NCBI GenBank assembly: GCA_035540435.1
Contig: DATLGQ010000003.1
Location: forward strand, 1-27,656
Direction: 5' to 3'
Source: Fimbriimonadaceae bacterium
GTDB lineage: Bacteria > Armatimonadota > Fimbriimonadia > Fimbriimonadales > Fimbriimonadaceae
DNA: 27,656 nt
Positions 7,623 through 16,698 of this stretch are shown here, piece by piece (within the stretch, counting starts at the first letter, position 1; each line of letters starts with the position of its first letter). Both the position numbers and the translations under genes were made by a program. The notes below the pieces were generated by a model. The model searched no databases, was not told the DNA's origin, and worked only from the letters and a program-made list of their open reading frames with translations.

Positions 7623-9878
7623 CTAGGAATCCTCGCTGAGAAGTTGGACGAGCGACCACAGCAAGTGGGAGCCGATTGGGTTGCGAGACAGCGACGTCGG
7701 CTGCATGCCCAGCCCACCCCACGGCCGCAGAGTCGTGACGATCGCGTTGCCCTTGCGCACCAGCATTGGCAGTTCCTCGTAAGTACGAACGTCGACCCGC
7801 GTCATCAGCACCTGCCCTTCGTCGAGGCCCTGTTCCACAAGCCATTTGGGCTCGATTGCTCGATCGGGCGCGATCGGCAGCCAGCGGCCCCAGCCGCCCC
7901 GCAGCCCCATTCTCGACCAGAAGTCGGGCTCGCTAAAGACGTATGCGCTCTCTCGCCAGAAGGGGCGGGCTACGGTGCCGACATCGGTGAGGAAGACGAT
8001 GCCGGCTCCCTCCGCAGGTACTGGGGACGGTCCGAACGAGATCAGGTTGGGGCCACCACTTAGCTTCAGGTCGTCGAGTGCTCCGCCCGCACTGGCAATT
8101 CCCCAGCCGCTGACCCGTTGCCAGTCCGGCGACTCGACGACCGCGAGTTCCCAGGCGTTGCAGGCGTCCGCGAACTCCACTTCCAGGGTGAAGACCCCGG
8201 GCGCGTGACACTCCCAGTGAATCTGACCCACTTCCTCGGAGCTGAGGGTCGGCACAAGCACCCGCTCCTCGGCCCCGCCCGCGACAGTCTCGCCATCTGC
8301 TGAGAGGATGCGCCACACGAGGCCTCCAGCGAGGTCGTGATCCGAATGCGCTCCAACCCGGAGGTAGATCGCGCCCGTGAAGTGGTGGAAGGAATCGAGG
8401 AAGCCGGGACGGTTGCCCCCGTGCACCCAGGTCGGCCTGCGAGTCGGGATCAGGTAAAGCACGCTCGGGCCATTCCAAGAGCAAACCTCGGACGCGGAGA
8501 ATCTGGCGCGACCCCAATCGTCCACGAAGCCGGCGGTCGAGATCGGGGTGTCGCGCCAGCCGGTGACGACATAGCCGGAAATGGCCTCTCGCGCCCGAAC
8601 CCATTCGTGCACGGTCTTGCGCATCCAGAGGGCCTTCTGACGTGAGCTCTCCATCAGCGCATCGTGTTCGTTCTCCCCAGGTTCGAGGGCGAACCGGGAC
8701 GTGGCCAGGAACCGTGGCAAGTCGTGCTGCCACCGCACACCCACGTCGTTGAGTTCTGGGAGGCTGGAGGCCCAAAACGGCCGCTCGTCGTGCAGCGCCG
8801 CGATGTCCCGGTGTACGTCGACGTCGTTGAACTCGCCCAGCAGGATCGGCATCCTCTTGCGGGACGTCGGGAGAAGACTATCCAGCACGGACGGATAGAA
8901 GTGGGTGTCGCAGTACGGGTGGAAGTCGTAGAAGTCGCCGAACTCGCGCAGGTCCCCGCCGTACATCTCCGCGCCGCCCGAATTGTCCTTGACCAACGGA
9001 CAGCCGGTGAGGTTGCGCACCATTTGCGTCAGGTGCCTCCGGTACTCGGGCCGGGTGGCCCCGCTCAGCTCGCAGCCTACCGTCCAGCAGATGATATTGG
9101 AGTGGCGGCGATACTGCCGCACGACTCGTTCGATCTCGGACGCGATGATGGCCTGGCGTTCGGGATCATCCGTAGGGTCCCACAACGGTAACTCCATCCA
9201 GGCTTCCATCCCTTCCTCGGCCAGGATCTCCAGGTAGCGGTGAGGCGGGACCCACAGGCAGAACTTGACGAGGTTGAACCCGAGGCTCCGAGCCAGGCGG
9301 ACCTCCTTGCGGATCGTCTCCTCGGGCGGGTTCGTATGCCCGATCTCTGGGTACCAACCCCACGTCAGCGCGCCGCGGATATAGAACGGCTCACCATCGA
9401 CGTACAGCCGGTGACCGTCCACAAACACACGGGTTTCCGGCGCGGGAGGCGGGTTCGCAAGCGGGTCTTCTGGTGACTCCGCCACCTCGACCGGCTGGTA
9501 GATCCCCCCAAACGTGTGGAAGACGTAGGGCAGGAAGCCGCTGGCAACCTCCTTCACCGGGTACGTCTGGCCGCCGTTCTTCACGACCTCGACCCGTAGC
9601 CTGATTTTCTTGCCGGCAAAGGGCCGCAGGGAGACCGAGAAGGCGTCCCAAATGCCCCGGTGGTGGCCGACTTGCCTGCCCTCGATGAACACTCGCGCCT
9701 CATAGCTGACGCCATGGAAGACCAGCCACGCCGGAGCTTTGGGAACCTGCAGCTCCGTTTCATAGATCGCCGGCCCCTCCCAGAAGACCGGAACGTCCTG
9801 CCGCCACGCGTGCGGGAGCTTGACGGGGTGCGGCTTTTCGTCGGCGTGGTAGGAGACGGTCCACGATTCGAGCAGCAT
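7623..9878 (-). CDS. Glycoside hydrolase family 2-like protein
   Basis: N-terminal sugar-binding jelly-roll (LVFHGVSYEARVFIEG..VGHHRGIWDAF), TIM barrel start LYVDGEPFYIRG, GFNLVK, WTVGCE (acid/base position), PILLGEF (nucleophile). Confidence 0.8.
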   Translation of the reverse strand: MLLESWTVSYHADEKPHPVKLPHAWRQDVPVFWEGPAIYETELQVPKAPAWLVFHGVSYEARVFIEGRQVGHHRGIWDAFSVSLRPFAGKKIRLRVEVVKNGGQTYPVKEVASGFLPYVFHTFGGIYQPVEVAESPEDPLANPPPAPETRVFVDGHRLYVDGEPFYIRGALTWGWYPEIGHTNPPEETIRKEVRLARSLGFNLVKFCLWVPPHRYLEILAEEGMEAWMELPLWDPTDDPERQAIIASEIERVVRQYRRHSNIICWTVGCELSGATRPEYRRHLTQMVRNLTGCPLVKDNSGGAEMYGGDLREFGDFYDFHPYCDTHFYPSVLDSLLPTSRKRMPILLGEFNDVDVHRDIAALHDERPFWASSLPELNDVGVRWQHDLPRFLATSRFALEPGENEHDALMESSRQKALWMRKTVHEWVRAREAISGYVVTGWRDTPISTAGFVDDWGRARFSASEVCSWNGPSVLYLIPTRRPTWVHGGNRPGFLDSFHHFTGAIYLRVGAHSDHDLAGGLVWRILSADGETVAGGAEERVLVPTLSSEEVGQIHWECHAPGVFTLEVEFADACNAWELAVVESPDWQRVSGWGIASAGGALDDLKLSGGPNLISFGPSPVPAEGAGIVFLTDVGTVARPFWRESAYVFSEPDFWSRMGLRGGWGRWLPIAPDRAIEPKWLVEQGLDEGQVLMTRVDVRTYEELPMLVRKGNAIVTTLRPWGGLGMQPTSLSRNPIGSHLLWSLVQLLSEDS

Positions 9879-10018
9879 TGCCTCGGATTAAACCCGCCGC
9901 GGAACGCCGGTGGCGGCTGAAACGTAGGTTTTTGAAGGCGTTGCCGAGTGTCTTTGCGACTCCAGAAACGTCTCTTTGAACAACCAGCCGAGCCGAGCAT
10001 CGGCTCGTGGAGGATTGT

Positions 10019-11035
10019 ATGCCCTTAGTTCCTTTGTTTGCCCTCTCACTTGCCCAAGCTCCCGCCGCCATGCCGAAAGCGCCCGTCTTGACGGTAACGC
10101 CCGGCAAGGTGATCATGGGCGCCCGCGCCCTCGCCTATGCTCAAGGGCCTTCGGGAGCACGTTTCGCGGCCACTCTCGAAGATCGCAGCGTGCGCATCTA
10201 CGATGCTGCAACCCGCCAGACGATCCGCGTCTTTCAGGGGCATCCCCAACCCGCTTACGCCATCGCCTGGACCCGCGACGGCGCCTTCCTCGCCACCGGC
10301 GACGAATCGGGTCGGATCATGATCTGGAACGCCAACACGGGGCAAAAGCTGCAAGAGGTACGCACCCACATCCGCGGCATCCAGGCGCTCGACTGGGATG
10401 CGAGCAGCAAGTACCTCATCAGCACCGGGAAGGACGACGTGGTGAAGGTGTGGGAGCGCGGCAAGAACAAGGAGCTGCACACCATCCCGGGCCAAGGAGT
10501 TAACTTCTACAGCGCCACCTTCATCGGGGCGACGCCGCAGTTCGGCGTCGGCTTTTTGGGCACGGGGGCACGGATCTACAGCGCCCCGAACGCAAAGGTG
10601 CAGAACTTCTTGACCGGCCACAACGGCGAAGGCATCTTCGACATCGACTTCAACTCTGCAGGAACCCGAGCCGTCACGGCCGGTCGCGACGGCACGGGAG
10701 CGATCTGGGACATGAAGACCTACAAGCGGCTGAACAGCCTGCGGGGCCACACCGATCAGGTCATTCACGCAACCTTCTCGCCTGACGGCCGGTTCGTTGC
10801 CACGAGCTCTCCCGACCGTACGGTGCGCGTCTGGAACGCCGCGAACTATCAGCCGGTGACGGTGCTAGAGAACCACACCGCGGTTGGCTCGCCTCTTGTA
10901 TTCACCAAAGATGGCAAATACCTGGTCACGGTCAACTTCGACGACTTCATCCAGATCAACGAGCTGAAGCCCGCTCTCGCGCCCTCGAGCGCGCCAGTCA
11001 AGAAGCCGGCGCCCGCCCGCAAGCGCGGGGGTTAG
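10019..11035 (+). CDS. WD40-repeat beta-propeller protein, probably exported
   Basis: About seven repeats with GH...AIAW..DG, DDVVKVWE, GHTDQVIHATFSPDG, DRTVRVWN; SD ggagg before ATG 10019; basic Pro/Ala tail. Confidence 0.9.
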   Translation: MPLVPLFALSLAQAPAAMPKAPVLTVTPGKVIMGARALAYAQGPSGARFAATLEDRSVRIYDAATRQTIRVFQGHPQPAYAIAWTRDGAFLATGDESGRIMIWNANTGQKLQEVRTHIRGIQALDWDASSKYLISTGKDDVVKVWERGKNKELHTIPGQGVNFYSATFIGATPQFGVGFLGTGARIYSAPNAKVQNFLTGHNGEGIFDIDFNSAGTRAVTAGRDGTGAIWDMKTYKRLNSLRGHTDQVIHATFSPDGRFVATSSPDRTVRVWNAANYQPVTVLENHTAVGSPLVFTKDGKYLVTVNFDDFIQINELKPALAPSSAPVKKPAPARKRGG

Positions 11036-11058
11036 CTAGCCAGCTAGATTGGAACACT

Positions 11059-11081
11059 AGGCGGGGCGAGCTGCCCCGCCT
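11059..11081. terminator. GC-rich hairpin between convergent WD40 and mutM genes, likely terminator
   Basis: aggcggggc-gagct-gccccgcct, perfect 9-bp stem; no strong U tract. Confidence 0.55.
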
Positions 11082-11096
11082 GACACTTGTGGCTCG

Positions 11097-11999
11097 TCAG
11101 CCTCCTCCCATCTCTTCTACCGTCCGAGGCCAATCATCCTTCAGGAGGCGTGACAGCGATCGATCCGCCAGGATGCGATCTTCGTTCTGGCACCTCGGAC
11201 AGTAGTTCGTTTCGTTCTCGGCGTATCGGATCCGCTGGACCTTGACGCCACATCTGGGACAGGGCAAGCCGAACTTCCCGTGGACGGCGAAATCGGGCCG
11301 AAACGCAGTGATCTGGCCAGAGCCGGGGAATCGGGCGCCGAACTCCGTCCTCAGCCGCTTGACCCAGGTCGCCAAGACGTGCCGGCAAGCCTCGTGGAGC
11401 CGCACGACTTCGTCTTCCGAAAGAGAGCGACTCAGTCGCAGGGGAGACAGTCGCGCCTCGTGGAGGATCTCGTCCGAGTAAGCGTTGCCAATGCCGTCGA
11501 AGCGTCGAGGGTTGCTCAGGGCCCGCTTCAGGGTCCGGTTCTCGGCCTGCAAGGCCTCCCGAAAGGCCACCGAATCGGCTGTGAAGACGTCGAGCCCGCC
11601 GGGGTCATGGTGGGCCAGCGCGTCGGTGCCCCTCAATACATGAACCCCAGCGCGCCTCTTGCTTCCGGCTTCCGTCAAGGTGAGCGCGCCGCTCTCGAAA
11701 ACGAAGCAAGCCAGAGCGATCTTCCCACCTTGTCGATTCGGGGCGGCTTCCTCCTTCCAGAGCAACCGGCCGGCGATCATCAGGTGAATCACGAGGTACA
11801 GGTCGCCCTGAAACCCGATGACGATGCGCTTGCCCAAGCGCTCGACCCGTTCGACTTCAAGACCTTCGAGCGACCGCAGCTGCGGCTCGAACGTGCGCAA
11901 AACGAACGGGCTGTACAGGCGAGCCTCGACGAGCCGCCTCTCGACTACCCTCGCCCGCAGTGCCTCGACGTAGATCGTCACGTCGGGCAGTTCGGGCAT
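11097..11999 (-). CDS. mutM: Fpg/Nei family DNA glycosylase/AP lyase
   Basis: N-terminal MPELPDV, RLGKRI, H2TH DGIGNAYSDEIL, Zn finger CPRCG...YCPRCQ. Confidence 0.9.
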   Translation of the reverse strand: MPELPDVTIYVEALRARVVERRLVEARLYSPFVLRTFEPQLRSLEGLEVERVERLGKRIVIGFQGDLYLVIHLMIAGRLLWKEEAAPNRQGGKIALACFVFESGALTLTEAGSKRRAGVHVLRGTDALAHHDPGGLDVFTADSVAFREALQAENRTLKRALSNPRRFDGIGNAYSDEILHEARLSPLRLSRSLSEDEVVRLHEACRHVLATWVKRLRTEFGARFPGSGQITAFRPDFAVHGKFGLPCPRCGVKVQRIRYAENETNYCPRCQNEDRILADRSLSRLLKDDWPRTVEEMGGG

Positions 12000-12005
12000 C
12001 GGTAG

Positions 12006-12341
12006 CTACGCCGCCTTTTCCAAGTCGTCCGCACGAACGAGAAGCATATAGTGAGCGTTAAAGGCCAGTTCCTCTGGCGTTAGTTGCTTCTTCTGCTCTT
12101 CGCTGATCGCACTCAGAAACTTCTCGCGCATTCGCTTGACGGACTCCTGGTGCACCGTGCCACTGACCGCCGTCAGGGCCTCCGGGTCGATCTTGATCGC
12201 GATCTCGTCGGCGCCATAGACGTTCTGAACAGTGCCGGTCAGGCCCGCCATATGATCGTAGTAGCGGTTCTTCTTGCGATCCTCCTCGCTAACCGCCCGG
12301 GTAACGATGCGCACGCGATCGCCCTCTTTCCACTTCGGCAT
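12006..12341 (-). CDS. Hypothetical protein (111 aa) with KOW/SH3-like N-terminus
   Basis: MPKWKEGDRVRIV...GLTGTVQNVY...IAIKID. Start placed at ATG 12341, 7 nt after ggTAAACT. Confidence 0.7.
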   Translation of the reverse strand: MPKWKEGDRVRIVTRAVSEEDRKKNRYYDHMAGLTGTVQNVYGADEIAIKIDPEALTAVSGTVHQESVKRMREKFLSAISEEQKKQLTPEELAFNAHYMLLVRADDLEKAA

Positions 12342-12351
12342 GGCAGACAGT

Positions 12352-13284
12352 TTACCGGCGGATCTGACGCACGGAGCCTGACCTTCTGACACCGATTCCG
12401 AGCACCCACACAATCAACTCCGGATGTCGCCACAGCTCGCCCAACATGGCGCGCAGCACCCTGCCGGTCAACTCGCCGGAGCCCCGCTTGTAATGGAAGA
12501 ACCGCAACCAGTTTTCCGCAGCCCGCCGCCGCAGATTACGGTATGCCTCCTTGCGCTCGCGCCGGTAAAGATGGCCGTCCCTCGCGAGCTTGGTGTAGCG
12601 GTCGACGACCGAGGAGGCGCCCTCCAGCATCCGGATGTAGATCTGCTTGGTCGCCGAGTGCGGGTGGAATCGGTAGTGGAACAGGGGCTTGGGGACATAA
12701 GCCCACGGGTAGTACTTGGCTAGCTTCAGGCAGAGGTCCCAGTCCTCCCCGATGTTGGGCACGGCCGGATCGAAGCCGCCCACCGCTTCCAAGGCTCCCC
12801 GCCGGATCATGGTCGCGCCAGGGGAGCCGATGAAGCATTCCGGAATGAACGAACGCAGCGTGTCCTTTGTTCGATCCCGAAGGTGCACGGTCCGGAACGG
12901 CTCCAGCCGCCCCTCGTAGTCGTTGACCTCCACTCGGTCGCAGTACACCGCGGCCGCATCCGGGTTCGCATCGAGCGCCGCTGCCATCTGCTCGCAGTAG
13001 TCGGGCTCAACCCAATCGTCGACGTCGATGAAGGTGACGTACTCGCCGCTCGAACGGGCAAGTCCCGCGTTGCGCGCGACGCAAACGCCCATGTTGCGCT
13101 GCTTGTGCACGGTAATGCGCCCCTCGTACTGGGCCACCACCTGGTCGGTTTCGTCGGTCGAACCATCGTTGACCAGAATGATCTCGATGCCGGGCATCGT
13201 CTGAGCCAGAAAGCTCTCGACCACCTTCTCGATGTAGCGCGCCCCATTATAGGAGGCGATGACGATGCTGACTCGGGGCCTCAG
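12352..13284 (-). CDS. Glycosyltransferase family 2; probable CTG start at 13284
   Basis: Extending the ORF upstream gives (L/M)RPRVSIVIASYNGARYIEKVVESFLAQ, the GT2 N-terminus; NDGSTD, ARNAGL, FIDVDD (DxD), GEDWDL. Confidence 0.9.
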   Translation of the reverse strand: MRPRVSIVIASYNGARYIEKVVESFLAQTMPGIEIILVNDGSTDETDQVVAQYEGRITVHKQRNMGVCVARNAGLARSSGEYVTFIDVDDWVEPDYCEQMAAALDANPDAAAVYCDRVEVNDYEGRLEPFRTVHLRDRTKDTLRSFIPECFIGSPGATMIRRGALEAVGGFDPAVPNIGEDWDLCLKLAKYYPWAYVPKPLFHYRFHPHSATKQIYIRMLEGASSVVDRYTKLARDGHLYRRERKEAYRNLRRRAAENWLRFFHYKRGSGELTGRVLRAMLGELWRHPELIVWVLGIGVRRSGSVRQIRR

Positions 13285-14168
13285 AGACTCCTCCCGGTCA
13301 CCCGCTCGAACGCCTCCACGTACTTCGCCCTCGTCTTTAGAACGATCTCATCCGGAAGTACCGGGCCGGGCGGGCGCTTGTCCCAGTCGATTGAGTCCAG
13401 GTAGTCGCGCACAAACTGCTTGTCGAAGCTGGCTTGGGGTCTTCCCGGCTGGTATGCGGTGGCATCCCAGAAACGGGAGGAGTCGGGTGTCAGCGCCTCG
13501 TCGATCCAGATCAATCCTTGCTCAGTCATGCCGAACTCGAACTTCGTGTCGGCAAGAATCAGGCCCTTTGCCTGGGCGTGCGCCGATGCCTGTCGATAAA
13601 GCGTAAGCGTCCACTCCCGAGCTTGCTCGGCGACCTCTCGGCCAACCATCTCACAGGCCCGCTCAAAACTGATGTTCTCGTCATGACCCTCCTGAGCTTT
13701 CGTGGCGGGGGTGAAGATCGGCTCCGGCAGCCGCCCGCTCTCTTGTAGGTCTGGGGGCAGGTTTAAGCCGTGAACCTGGGGACCATGCGATCGATACTCC
13801 TTGAAGAGGGAGCCGCTTATGTAGCCGCGAGCGACACATTCGATCGTCAGCGGGGTGGCCCGCCGGGCCAGCGTGCACCTTCCCAGCAACTCCGGATGAG
13901 GCTGCGGCAATGCTCGTTGGATTTCTTCGTCGTCGACGGAAAGCACATGGGTGGGGCAGACGTGAGCGAGCTTGTCAAACCAGAACGCGCTCATCTGGTT
14001 CAGGATCCGGCCCTTGTCCGGTATGCCGTTCGCCATGACGACGTCGAAGGCGGAGATGCGGTCGGTGGCCACGATGAGCAGCCGGTCGCCCAGGTCGTAG
14101 ACCTCCCGAACCTTGCCCGCGCGAGGGGGCGTCAGGCCCGGGATCGACGAGCTGAGCAACGGCAACAT
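13281..14168 (-). CDS. purC: SAICAR synthase
   Basis: GKVREVY, VATDRISAFD, IECVARGY.SGS, FTPATKA..GHDENI, ILADTKFEFG, DEALTPDSSRFW, FDKQFVRDYL. Confidence 0.96.
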   Translation of the reverse strand: MLPLLSSSIPGLTPPRAGKVREVYDLGDRLLIVATDRISAFDVVMANGIPDKGRILNQMSAFWFDKLAHVCPTHVLSVDDEEIQRALPQPHPELLGRCTLARRATPLTIECVARGYISGSLFKEYRSHGPQVHGLNLPPDLQESGRLPEPIFTPATKAQEGHDENISFERACEMVGREVAEQAREWTLTLYRQASAHAQAKGLILADTKFEFGMTEQGLIWIDEALTPDSSRFWDATAYQPGRPQASFDKQFVRDYLDSIDWDKRPPGPVLPDEIVLKTRAKYVEAFERVTGRSL

Positions 14169-14192
14169 GCCTGGATTATGCCTGTGCGACCG

Positions 14193-14879
14193 CTACCGGG
14201 CCTGCGCCGCCGAGTTACTCGTGAGCGGAGCTTCCGAAGGCACAAACTGGAGGCCAAAGACATCTTCGAATGCGGCGATGGACGCCACCCGAGCCTCCGA
14301 CACCGCGATGCGACGGCCGGCGGCCTGGCTCAAGCTGGTCACGCCATAGTTCTCAATGCCGCAAGGGACGATGAGGTCGAACGGCGAGAGGTCGTTCTCG
14401 CAGTTGAGGGCGATGCCGTGCATGGAGACCCATTTGCGAACCTTGATACCGATGGCAGCCGCCTTGCGGTCCCCGATCCACACGCCGGTGTGGGGCGGAA
14501 ACCGTCGTCCCTCGAGCCCGAAGCTCTGGAGGACGCGGATCATGGCCTCCTCGAGATCGCGCATCCACTTGTGCAGGTCCCGGCCGAATTCGGCGATTCG
14601 GAAGATCGGGTAGATCACGAGTTGGCCGGGGCCATGGTAGGTCACATCACCGCCCCGGTCGGTCTCGCACACCTCGATGCCTCGCCGCCGATACTCCTCC
14701 CGAGTCAAGAGCAGGTTTGAATCATGGAAGTTCGCCCCCAGGGTGAGCACGGGCGGGTGCTCGACGAACAGCAGCGTATTCGGCCGATCCTCACTCAGAA
14801 CTTCCTCGAGGATCTGTCGTTGGAGCTCCGTGCACATGCGGTAGCCCATCCTCCCCAGGTCGATCCAAACCCCGTTCAT
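14193..14879 (-). CDS. lipB: Octanoyltransferase (lipoate-protein ligase B)
   Basis: EHPPVLTLG, DRGGDVTYHGPGQLVIYPI, RKAAAIG, SMHGIALN, IVPCG. Confidence 0.95.
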   Translation of the reverse strand: MNGVWIDLGRMGYRMCTELQRQILEEVLSEDRPNTLLFVEHPPVLTLGANFHDSNLLLTREEYRRRGIEVCETDRGGDVTYHGPGQLVIYPIFRIAEFGRDLHKWMRDLEEAMIRVLQSFGLEGRRFPPHTGVWIGDRKAAAIGIKVRKWVSMHGIALNCENDLSPFDLIVPCGIENYGVTSLSQAAGRRIAVSEARVASIAAFEDVFGLQFVPSEAPLTSNSAAQAR

Positions 14880-16645
14880 TCGGCGAGCCTCGGGGCGAGC
14901 AGCACACTGTGCCCATCGGTCCTGCCGGCCTCCACCAGATCGGTCAAGCCGATCTGGGCGGCAACCGGAGGCGTCATAGCGATCGAGCCCGGTGGCGCGG
15001 CATCCTGAACGTGTGCCGCAATGTCGATGACGTCGGTAAACTGAACCTTGCTCAGTTCACCGGCCACGGATCCTACGTGCAGACCGATCCGGACCCGGAA
15101 GGGGGTCGGCAGTTTGTTCGTGTCCCGATTAAACGCCGCCAACTCCTCCTGGAGCGTTTGCGCCGCCTCATAGGCCTCGTGGCATCTGGGGAACGACACC
15201 ACGACTCCATCGCCGGCCGTGGAGTGCACTTCGCCTCCAAATCGCTCGCTCACGCTCGCCACGAAGGTCTGGTACTCGCGGAAGCTGTACTCCACCAGCA
15301 GCGGATCCGAGCTTGCCTTCATGTCGGAGCTCCGGACGACGTCCACCACCATGACGCAAACGTCTGCTGCCTGCGGTGAGAGCCGCCACTGGATCCGAAC
15401 CATCTCCGCAAGTAGGGCAGCCGGCTCCTCGTCCCGTAGCCGGCGGATGCGCTGCCAACGTTCCTCCACCGATGCGCCGAGGCCGGCAAGAACTGCGGCA
15501 AGGAAGGTGGTGGCCACCAGGAGCCAGAACTGGTGCGGCTCGGTAAAGCGATCGATCACGAACTGCGGGCCGGTGGTATAGCCAGGCATCGGCACCAGCA
15601 TCGTCAGGATGGTCCCGAGTTGGTACAGCCAGCCCGCTGCGATGGCCTTGAGAATGCTGCCGCTCAGGAACCCGCAGAGGGCCAATAGGACGATGTCGGT
15701 CGCGAAAAGGACCGGAAAGAGCAGGCGGCCGGCAATCGTGGGGCCGGTCTCCGCCTTCAGTGCGCCGACGAGAACCAGCGCCGCGATCTGAACCAGACCA
15801 AAACCGAGGCCCACGAGGAAGGATTTGAGCGGCCAGTGAACCCGGAAAGACCTCACCCACTGTTCGCGGGCGTCCATGCGCCTCTCCTGCGCGCTTTCGC
15901 CGCGCAGCTTGCTCCGAATCTCGAAGAGGCGCTCCAGGAGTTCTTGGCGAGACATCTGGGCGTCGCTGCGCTCGTGGCGCCGCAGCCGCACATAGGCGCC
16001 TGCGACGGCAACCACACTTGCGATCAGGCCGAGCTGCGCGAACAGAATGAACGACTGGCTGGCAACCAGAAGCAGCTCCAACACCACCTGGTCGGGAGGC
16101 TGCTCGCGGATGGTGGACCAGCGCAGAACCATGGCGACGGGTGCCGCAATCAGCCAGTTGACGAGGGCCGCCAGCACCGCATAACGCACCATCGCATGCC
16201 GTCCCAAGGCCGCCAATTGCAGCGACCAGAGGGCGATCGTGACGGACCACTGCAAACGTAGTGCCCAAATGGGCAGCCCATCCGGTCCGCTGAAAACCGC
16301 CTGGAGCGTGGTGGATACGAGAACCGAGGTGGCCGCTGTGACGATGAGGAAGAGCGTCAGACGGTCGGTTGCCCACAAGAACGCCGACCGCACGAGGTTC
16401 CAAAGCCGGTGGGCCGAGCCGGTGGAGCCATACCGGCGCCGTGGGCCTGACTCTTGCTGCCGGACTCCGCGCAGGACATCCTCAACGAATTCGCGCGTGA
16501 GACCGAACTCCTCGGCCAGAGCTTCGGCGGGCCGGTCGACCTCCGCAGGGTGCTGCTGAAGGTGCCGAGCCAGAGCCTGAGCGCCCTCCAACGGCGCATC
16601 CTGAGTGGTTTCAGCCCTCATTGCGATTCCAGCCGACAAGCTCAT
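14876..16645 (-). CDS. Multi-pass membrane protein with C-terminal class III nucleotidyl cyclase-like domain
   Basis: About 8 hydrophobic segments in two blocks of four; VMVVDVVRSS, AGDGVV, RVRIGLHVG, IDIAAHVQ..APPG. An alternative start at ATG 16621 is possible. Confidence 0.85.
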   Translation of the reverse strand: MSLSAGIAMRAETTQDAPLEGAQALARHLQQHPAEVDRPAEALAEEFGLTREFVEDVLRGVRQQESGPRRRYGSTGSAHRLWNLVRSAFLWATDRLTLFLIVTAATSVLVSTTLQAVFSGPDGLPIWALRLQWSVTIALWSLQLAALGRHAMVRYAVLAALVNWLIAAPVAMVLRWSTIREQPPDQVVLELLLVASQSFILFAQLGLIASVVAVAGAYVRLRRHERSDAQMSRQELLERLFEIRSKLRGESAQERRMDAREQWVRSFRVHWPLKSFLVGLGFGLVQIAALVLVGALKAETGPTIAGRLLFPVLFATDIVLLALCGFLSGSILKAIAAGWLYQLGTILTMLVPMPGYTTGPQFVIDRFTEPHQFWLLVATTFLAAVLAGLGASVEERWQRIRRLRDEEPAALLAEMVRIQWRLSPQAADVCVMVVDVVRSSDMKASSDPLLVEYSFREYQTFVASVSERFGGEVHSTAGDGVVVSFPRCHEAYEAAQTLQEELAAFNRDTNKLPTPFRVRIGLHVGSVAGELSKVQFTDVIDIAAHVQDAAPPGSIAMTPPVAAQIGLTDLVEAGRTDGHSVLLAPRLAE

Positions 16646-16698
16646 GTTACTGATGACGAACTCACGTCGGTTCCCTCAGATGGAACGCATGCGGCTCC

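Noticed and set aside
13770-16403. ORFs 13770-14720 (+) and 15168-16403 (-)
   Set aside because: Shadows of purC/lipB and of the cyclase gene, with no motifs.
14876-16645. Pycsar or CBASS-like defence system built around the cyclase
   Set aside because: No adjacent TIR, 2TM or nuclease effector; flanking genes are housekeeping (lipB, purC). Only the odd active site is kept as a finding.
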